DNA from: Candidatus Bipolaricaulota bacterium
GTDB lineage: Bacteria; Bipolaricaulota; Bipolaricaulia; RBG-16-55-9; DRXL01
DNA length: 64,000 bases
NCBI GenBank assembly: GCA_938091745.1
Contig: CALLJK010000015.1
Location: forward strand, 179 to 64,178
Direction: 5' to 3'
Shown here: one piece after another, positions 58,233 to 64,000 of the stretch
Layout of the letters: the number at the start of each line of letters is the position of its first letter
How positions within the stretch are numbered: position 1 is the stretch's first letter
Notes under the pieces: model-generated
The model's database searches: none
What the model was told of the DNA's origin: nothing
The model's input: only the letters and a program-made list of their open reading frames with translations
Program-made: the position numbers and the translations under genes

Positions 58233-59459
58233 ATGTGGGTCTTTCTTAAGCTCGCCGGCCGCAATCTTCTACGCAATAAGCGCCGCAGCGCTATCACCTT
58301 CGTCGCGATTGGGCTGGGGTTAGTATTGGTGCTCTTCTTCTACGGCTTCATCCAAGGAGTGGATAAGCAATTCACAGATAATTTTATCAAAGCCCAGACC
58401 GGACATATTCAGATGCACGCGCGCGGCTATCAAGAAAAAGCACGTCTGATGCCCTTAGATATTGTTATCAAAGACTACCAGAGCCTCGTCCAGAAGCTCG
58501 CAGAGCTTCCTCACGTGAAGGGTGTTTTCCCACGACTGCGCTTTCCCGTGATCGTCAGCACCGGCAGCGAGAGCTTAGGAGTATTGGGGCTGGGCTTCGA
58601 TCCCCAGGCCGAGCACGACGGCGTCATCGCCACGAAAATCGCTGCAGGCGAGTATCTCTCAGATAAGCCCGGCTATGCTCTCATCGGGGCGCAGCTTGCC
58701 AAAGATTTGCGCGTGAACGTCGGCGATCTCTTGACGCTCGTCGCGACGACTCCCAAGGGCGCACTCAACTCCATTGATGTCGAGATCAAAGGAATTTTTG
58801 CGACAGGCTATAGCCAGCTAGATAACTCTGTTTTGGCTTTATCTCTGCCCGATGCACAGAAGCTCTTGCGCATGGCTGGACAGGTCACAGAGATTACGTT
58901 GATGCTGAACGACGCCGATCAAGCCGACTCCGTCGCTCAGATGATTCGCCAAAGCTTCAATGACGACGGCTTAGAAGTCCAGACGTGGCGCGAGCTAGGC
59001 GCAGCGATCTTCGAATTGCTCGCGGCACGGCGGCAGCTTATGGCTATTATTTCGTTTGTTGTAATACTCATAGCGACGCTGGGGATCGTGAACACGATGT
59101 TAATGTCTGTGTTTGAGCGGGTGCGCGAGATCGGAACACTAATGGCTCTGGGGATGACGCCAGGGGAGATCAGAGTGCTCTTTCTCTTAGAGAGCGCGAT
59201 CTTGGGGGCAGCGGGTGGGCTGATGGGGGTTGGGATCGGCGGGGCCTTGTTAAAATACTTTTCGGTTGTAGGGATCACGATCACCCAAGCGTCGCAGTTC
59301 GTCAACGTCCCGATAGGGACGACGTTTTACGCGGAGTTTTCGTGGGGCACATTAGTAATGTTCTTTGTGCTCGCGCAAATTGTGGCCGTATTGGCGGCGC
59401 TCTACCCAGCGTATATTGCGTCCAAACAGGAGCCGGTGCAGGCCCTGCGCCATGTGTAG
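58233..59459 (+). CDS. LolC/E- or MacB-type ABC permease (FtsX family)
   Basis: LAGRNLLRNKRRS, GHIQ and NTMLMSVFERVREIGTLMALG. Confidence 0.9.
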   Translation: MWVFLKLAGRNLLRNKRRSAITFVAIGLGLVLVLFFYGFIQGVDKQFTDNFIKAQTGHIQMHARGYQEKARLMPLDIVIKDYQSLVQKLAELPHVKGVFPRLRFPVIVSTGSESLGVLGLGFDPQAEHDGVIATKIAAGEYLSDKPGYALIGAQLAKDLRVNVGDLLTLVATTPKGALNSIDVEIKGIFATGYSQLDNSVLALSLPDAQKLLRMAGQVTEITLMLNDADQADSVAQMIRQSFNDDGLEVQTWRELGAAIFELLAARRQLMAIISFVVILIATLGIVNTMLMSVFERVREIGTLMALGMTPGEIRVLFLLESAILGAAGGLMGVGIGGALLKYFSVVGITITQASQFVNVPIGTTFYAEFSWGTLVMFFVLAQIVAVLAALYPAYIASKQEPVQALRHV

Positions 59460-59530
59460 AATCACAGAAGGCACAGAGATGGGCACGGAAGACAAGGAAA
59501 TCGAATAAGTGAGAGAGAAGGAGGCGTACT

Positions 59531-60274
59531 ATGAACGCGATACGCATAGTTGGGATCGTTCTCACAATCAGTCTTATCAGCTGGGCACAGCAGCCCTCTG
59601 CCGAAGAGATCCTCAAAAGATCTGTCGAGTCGAGTTATCCCGAGCAGTTCGTCTCCGTGAATAAATTAGAGAATTTTGCGAAGGGCGAGCTTGTCAGCGC
59701 TTATGAGCTGCGGGTCTTCAAGAAAGGCAGCGATAAAGCGCTTCTCGAAGTGCTCGCCCCTGAAGACGCCAAGGGGCAGAAAATTTTGAGAGTTGGCGAC
59801 GAGGTCGTCATTCTCTTCCCCGAAAATTGTCGGATTGTCCCGCTAAGCGCGCGACAGAACGTGCTCGGCACGAGCTTCACCGTCGCGGACGTGCTCAGAG
59901 TAGATTTAGTAAAGGACTATAACGCGAAACTTTTGGGCACAGAGAAAGTCCAAGATCGTTCCGCGTATAAATTAGAACTGACGGCCAAGGACGAGACCGT
60001 GCCCTTTGCACGGATTCTCTACTGGGTAGACACAGAAAATTTCTTGCCCCTGAAGGCCGAGTTCTACACTGAGACGGGGAAGCTCCTGCGCCGTGCTCTC
60101 TACGAAGAGCGCAAGCAACTTGCCGGTGCGTTGCGCCCGAGCAAAATAACTATAGAAAACGCGCTCGAGGCCGGCACCAAGACCGTGATGACCATCATAG
60201 AGATGGAGATCAAAGACCTCCCAGACTCGATGTTCACGAAAGAAGCGCTCTTAGAATCGTGTAAGAAGCCATGA
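59531..60274 (+). CDS. LolA-like 'outer-membrane lipoprotein-sorting' protein
   Basis: Signal peptide; P...KG..IL..G, GTSFTVAD, ILYWVD...FLPLKAEFY...GKLLR motifs typical of partners of these ABC permeases. Confidence 0.78.
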   Translation: MNAIRIVGIVLTISLISWAQQPSAEEILKRSVESSYPEQFVSVNKLENFAKGELVSAYELRVFKKGSDKALLEVLAPEDAKGQKILRVGDEVVILFPENCRIVPLSARQNVLGTSFTVADVLRVDLVKDYNAKLLGTEKVQDRSAYKLELTAKDETVPFARILYWVDTENFLPLKAEFYTETGKLLRRALYEERKQLAGALRPSKITIENALEAGTKTVMTIIEMEIKDLPDSMFTKEALLESCKKP

Positions 60275-60951
60275 GCGATGTTGTCGTTACAGTTGAGCGC
60301 GTCACGAAAGAGTATGCGCTGGGGCGCACTATTGTGAAAGCCCTGCGCGGGATCTCGTTAGAGATTCAGCGCGGGGAGTTCTTGTGTATTGCTGGCCCGT
60401 CAGGATCAGGCAAGACGACACTATTAAATCTCATCGGGTGTTTAGACAAGCCCACATCAGGGCGCATCGTGATCGAGGGGCAAGATGTCTCAAAGCTCTC
60501 TCCCAAAGAACTAGCGTGGGTGCGGCGGCGGCGCTTGGGGTTTGTCTTCCAAACGTTTAATCTCGTCCCGGTGCTCACAGCCTACGAGAACGTCGAGCTA
60601 CCGTTGCTGTTATTAGGAGTCGAGGCAGCGGAGCGTCGCCGTCGGGTGTACGAACTCTTAGAAGCCCTAGGGATCGGCGATTTAGCGCATCACCGTCCCG
60701 ACGAGATGTCCGGCGGGCAACAACAAAGAGTCTCGATAGCGCGGGCGCTCGTGACCAAGCCGGCGTTAGTTTTAGCCGACGAGCCGACGGCTAACTTGGA
60801 CTCCGAGACGGGCAAAGCAATTATCGAGCTGATGCACACTCTCAATACAGAACGGGGGACGACGTTCGTCTTCTCCACGCATGACCCCAAGGTGATGGAG
60901 CGCGCCTCGCGAGTAGTGCAGATCAGAGATGGGCTGATTGACCATATGTGA
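60271..60951 (+). CDS. LolD/MacB-type ABC ATPase
   Basis: GPSGSGKT, MSGGQQQR, ADEPTANLD and STHD. Confidence 0.93.
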   Translation: MSDVVVTVERVTKEYALGRTIVKALRGISLEIQRGEFLCIAGPSGSGKTTLLNLIGCLDKPTSGRIVIEGQDVSKLSPKELAWVRRRRLGFVFQTFNLVPVLTAYENVELPLLLLGVEAAERRRRVYELLEALGIGDLAHHRPDEMSGGQQQRVSIARALVTKPALVLADEPTANLDSETGKAIIELMHTLNTERGTTFVFSTHDPKVMERASRVVQIRDGLIDHM

Positions 60952-61068
60952 TTACCAACATGTTTATTTGTGAGAAAGGTCATACTTATCTCGTTCATTC
61001 TATGTTAAGCTTCAAATGTATTTTTTATGCGTTGCCGTCAGAGCGCGTAAATCAAGGGAGGACAACAT

Positions 61069-62592
61069 ATGCACACATTCGATTTGGGCCGCTTGGCGGT
61101 TGGTGTAATGATCTCGCTCGCTCTTCTCGCTTGCGCGATACCCTTTGTCGAACAAGGCCTAGCAGCAGGGCCACCTTGCGCCATAAGATATATGACCCTG
61201 AGTCCCAACAGCGAGATGGCTGGCCCCATTGTCTCCCCGGGTATGTATTCCGTCTGGACAGGGGAGGGTCTCTCTCCTACGAATTGGCAAAGCTCTGCGC
61301 CCTCTCAATTCAGAGCAGGGTGGAAATACACCATCTATATCTCTGAAAGCGGCTCAGCTACGGTTGACGGAAATCTTTGGGACTCTTCCCAGAACGTAGC
61401 CTTCGTGCACTATATCAATAGATCCTCCACGAAAACCTACTCTGTCACCGTCTGCCCTGCTGGTGGAGGTGGGGGATTGATCGTCTCCACAGAAGAGTTC
61501 GGTAGCCCTATAACAGGCCCCATCAATCTAACAAAGGGCCAAGGGAAGACCTTCTGGGTCACGGGTGTATCTGGGGAAGTCCAATTTCTGACAGATCCCC
61601 CCTACATCGGTGAATGGCAACCCACTCGTGTCTATCTTGATGCGAGTTCTTACTGGGAGAGCAGTGTGTACACCGTGTCCGAGGGAGGCTGGGTCCCTAT
61701 ACCATCGAGCGGACGATACTGGCTCATAGCTCGTCACACAAGTTCAGGCCAAGAGTTTCGCTGGGAGGTCGTAGTAGATGGTGACACTCTCCCCCCGCCT
61801 CCCACAGACCAAGGGCCTTGTCCTCCTATGAGATGGTTCAGAGTGAGCGCTAGAACTCAGCTAGCAGGGCATCTGGTAGCCCCAGGAATGTATCAAGTAT
61901 GGACTGCAAAGATCGATAATATGGGCTCGCCTGTGAACTGGCAGAGTGATGGTCCCTTTGAGTTCAAGAGCAGTCACCGGTATTGGGTGACTATGAATGA
62001 CCAGACTCAGCAAGACGGCACAGTGTCCGTGTTCAAGGAGGATGTGGACAGCGTATCAGCAGAGGTGTACTATAAAAACGACGCGAGAAACACTGAGTAT
62101 GGTGTCGTCGTTTGTCCTGCGGCTGCCAATCGTCCCCCAACAGTCAGATTGACATACTCACCTCAAAACCCAACCCCTGAAGACACGATCTATTTTGATG
62201 CCACGGCTTCCGATCCAGATGGGGATCCGCTGACATACAGATGGTTCTTGAACGGTGTAGAGCAAATTAGGGCTATAGCACCGAATGTACAGTGGGCAAA
62301 CCCAATTGAGGGAACGCATATCATGAGGGTCATAGTTTCCGATGGCAAAGGCGGTATAGCTGAGGATACTGTCCAGTTTACCGTTTCTGACCAAGCTCCT
62401 CCACCGACCACTAAGACCATTGAACAAGCCCTCGACACAAACAACAATAAGATCATAGACGATCTGGAGATGCTTCAAGCCTTGCAGTATTGGATCAAGC
62501 AGCAGACAGTTCCTGGTACTAACAAGACGATTGACGACCTGACAATGCTCGCGCTCTTGCAAAAATGGATCAAGGGAACGCCGGTGAGTTGA
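61069..62592 (+). CDS. Secreted modular protein: duplicated Cys-bounded domain, PKD/Ig-like domain and C-terminal EF-hand/dockerin-like repeat
   Basis: Signal peptide. Two ~95-aa homologous units (PGMYxVWT...SPxNWQS...VCPA). ASDPDGDPLTYRW..DGKGG. DTNNNKIIDDLE..WI / TIDDLT..WI. Confidence 0.75.
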   Translation: MHTFDLGRLAVGVMISLALLACAIPFVEQGLAAGPPCAIRYMTLSPNSEMAGPIVSPGMYSVWTGEGLSPTNWQSSAPSQFRAGWKYTIYISESGSATVDGNLWDSSQNVAFVHYINRSSTKTYSVTVCPAGGGGGLIVSTEEFGSPITGPINLTKGQGKTFWVTGVSGEVQFLTDPPYIGEWQPTRVYLDASSYWESSVYTVSEGGWVPIPSSGRYWLIARHTSSGQEFRWEVVVDGDTLPPPPTDQGPCPPMRWFRVSARTQLAGHLVAPGMYQVWTAKIDNMGSPVNWQSDGPFEFKSSHRYWVTMNDQTQQDGTVSVFKEDVDSVSAEVYYKNDARNTEYGVVVCPAAANRPPTVRLTYSPQNPTPEDTIYFDATASDPDGDPLTYRWFLNGVEQIRAIAPNVQWANPIEGTHIMRVIVSDGKGGIAEDTVQFTVSDQAPPPTTKTIEQALDTNNNKIIDDLEMLQALQYWIKQQTVPGTNKTIDDLTMLALLQKWIKGTPVS

Positions 62593-62607
62593 GAGAGGAT
62601 CTCAGTA

Positions 62608-62961
62608 TCACTCTGTCAGGGGATAGACCCAAATGATCTCTTTTTGTAGGCGCCCTCGTAAAGGGCTGCGTTCCCATTCCCCGAGGGTGTAGATCACCAA
62701 ATCAGTAGGGACAGGCAGCGCGAACGTGTCCCAGTGAGCTGTTCGTCTTTCAAAAGGCTCGTGGGAGTGTTCCACAATCACGATGACATCGAGATCGCTT
62801 CCAACCCCCCAGTCGCCGCGGGCATAAGAGCCAAAGTAGCCGATGCTTTTGACTTCAGGGTGTCTTTGAGCTGTTTGCTCAGCCCAGCGACGCACGGCTT
62901 GATCAACTGTGTGAGCATCAGGCCATCTGAGCACGGACGAATTCAAGGATCTCACGGGCAT
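62608..62961 (-). CDS. Minimal nucleotidyltransferase (MNT) antitoxin-like protein
   Basis: YFGSYARGD...SDLDVIV...PTDLVIYT motifs. Confidence 0.88.
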   Translation of the reverse strand: MPVRSLNSSVLRWPDAHTVDQAVRRWAEQTAQRHPEVKSIGYFGSYARGDWGVGSDLDVIVIVEHSHEPFERRTAHWDTFALPVPTDLVIYTLGEWERSPLRGRLQKEIIWVYPLTE

Positions 62962-63301
62962 ATTGGATCGCTTCCCCACTCTGGAGAGGGCCGTAGTGCT
63001 CAAACGGTGCTCCAGACGGATGGCTATTAGGATAGCGCGGAGGAATATAAAACGTGTCAAGGACGCGAGCCTTTTCAATCAACGCATCAGGCACACTGAG
63101 AGGCAGCTCCTGTAGTAAGCGGGCGACGACATGGCCCCAGGCCTCTTGGCCTAAACGCAGATGCAGGGCTTTGACCGCCTTCTCTGCGGCTTGCTGAGCG
63201 ATGAAGCACGCCCACTCGTGCCATCCTCCGCGACGAGAATCTTCGGCTTGCTGGAGATCGCGTTCAGCTTGCTTCAACCAATCTTGAGCTCGATTCGGCA
63301 T
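62918..63301 (-). CDS. HEPN-domain protein
   Basis: DWLKQAERDL, ACFIAQQAAEKAVKA, WGHVV and YIPPRYPNSH (RX4H). Confidence 0.9.
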   Translation of the reverse strand: MPNRAQDWLKQAERDLQQAEDSRRGGWHEWACFIAQQAAEKAVKALHLRLGQEAWGHVVARLLQELPLSVPDALIEKARVLDTFYIPPRYPNSHPSGAPFEHYGPLQSGEAIQYAREILEFVRAQMA

Positions 63302-63377
63302 GATATATATTATAGCGACGTTGTGCATCTGAAGCGACCATCGAGTATAATCTCCCCCGAACAGGAGGAACGATAGC

Positions 63378-63695
63378 ATGATCGTCGTGGCCAATCGCAT
63401 CCCCGTCGCCAAGGGCTATGAAAAACAGTTCGAGGAGCGCTTCCGAAATCGTCAAAGACTCGTCGAGCAGATGCCGGGGTTTGTGAAGTTTCAGCTGCTC
63501 AAGCCCATCCAAGGGGATTATTATATCTCGATGACGTATTGGGAGAGCTACGAGGCGTTCGAGAACTGGACGAAGAGCCCAGAGTTCGAAAAAGCCCACT
63601 CGGCCAATCCGCCCCCGCCCAAGGAGATGTTCACCGGCAAAAATATCTTGGAGATTCACGAGGTGATCTTAAGCTCGGACTTCCAGGCTCCGTAA
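63378..63695 (+). CDS. Antibiotic biosynthesis monooxygenase (ABM) family, IsdG/HmoA heme-oxygenase-like
   Basis: MIVVANRIPV, FEERFRNR, MPGF, TYWES.EAFENW..SPEF..AH; the Asn, Trp and His positions match IsdG-type proteins. Confidence 0.8.
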   Translation: MIVVANRIPVAKGYEKQFEERFRNRQRLVEQMPGFVKFQLLKPIQGDYYISMTYWESYEAFENWTKSPEFEKAHSANPPPPKEMFTGKNILEIHEVILSSDFQAP

Positions 63696-64000
63696 AGCAG
63701 CTAAACCCTCGCGAAAACGCTTTAAGCCCTCGCGCAGCTGCTCCAGCGACGTCGCATACGAAAGTCTTACATAGCTGTCCGCACCGAACGCCGCGCCGGG
63801 GACGACCGCAACGTGCGCCTTATTGAGCAGATAACGCGCTAAGTCTACAGAGTTTTTCGCCTCCCCATTAAAGAAGCTCGACACCTCGGGGAAGACGTAG
63901 AACGCCCCTTGAGGTATGGCAAAGTCGATTCCTTCGATCTTCTCTAGCTCGCTCAGCACGACCTCCCGTCGCCGCCGATACTCGGAGAGCATAGCTGCAA
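63669..64000 (-). CDS. Class I/II PLP-dependent aminotransferase (AspC-like), C-terminal part only
   Basis: EYRRRR, PQGAFYVFP, VAVVPGAAFG..YVRLSYA; the frame runs off the window end. Confidence 0.9.
   Translation of the reverse strand, partial: AAMLSEYRRRREVVLSELEKIEGIDFAIPQGAFYVFPEVSSFFNGEAKNSVDLARYLLNKAHVAVVPGAAFGADSYVRLSYATSLEQLREGLKRFREGLAALRSLEVRA

Noticed and set aside
1-64000. CRISPR array, rRNA, transposase or integrase
   Set aside because: I saw no regularly spaced direct repeats, no rRNA-like blocks, and no DDE, HUH or tyrosine-recombinase motifs in the ORF track.

Overview
A 64-kb bacterial chromosomal segment, almost entirely coding. My inference from gene style is a thermophile-type lineage such as Bipolaricaulota/Acetothermia; this was not tested by phylogeny. 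1-24 kb holds mixed housekeeping and secreted-protein genes: a 5'-truncated TtrA-like molybdoenzyme, a beta-helix protein, pncAB, a fused M16 peptidase, a peptide ABC cluster (binding protein interrupted by one TAA, two permeases, no ATPase), rpmF, dtd, gpmI, menG/ubiE, RNase HI, three beta-propeller proteins, tRNA-Gly, tRNA-Lys and tRNA-Ile2, and a sigma-like/zinc-anti-sigma-like pair. 24-37 kb holds a complete Opp/Dpp operon, yqeG, mazG, a 1172-aa PpiD-like/TPR/DUF3105 fusion and an amidase-like gene. 37.7-55.6 kb is a continuous minus-strand str-S10-spc-alpha ribosomal superoperon. It lacks tuf and rpmD, its SecY has a ~120-aa insertion, its uS11 tail is shortened, and its infA has no canonical in-frame start. 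55.9-64 kb holds a solitary rplM, an arsR-arsN2-arsM cluster, a Lol/MacB-like ABC module, a secreted repeat protein, a HEPN-MNT pair, an ABM/IsdG-like gene and a partial aminotransferase. I found no CRISPR array, rRNA, transposase or integrase. The main leads are the SecY insertion with the giant PpiD-TPR fusion, an Sm/RimP-like domain inside OppD, the divergent sigma/anti-sigma pair, orphan extended Shine-Dalgarno motifs in long leaders, and the infA start codon.
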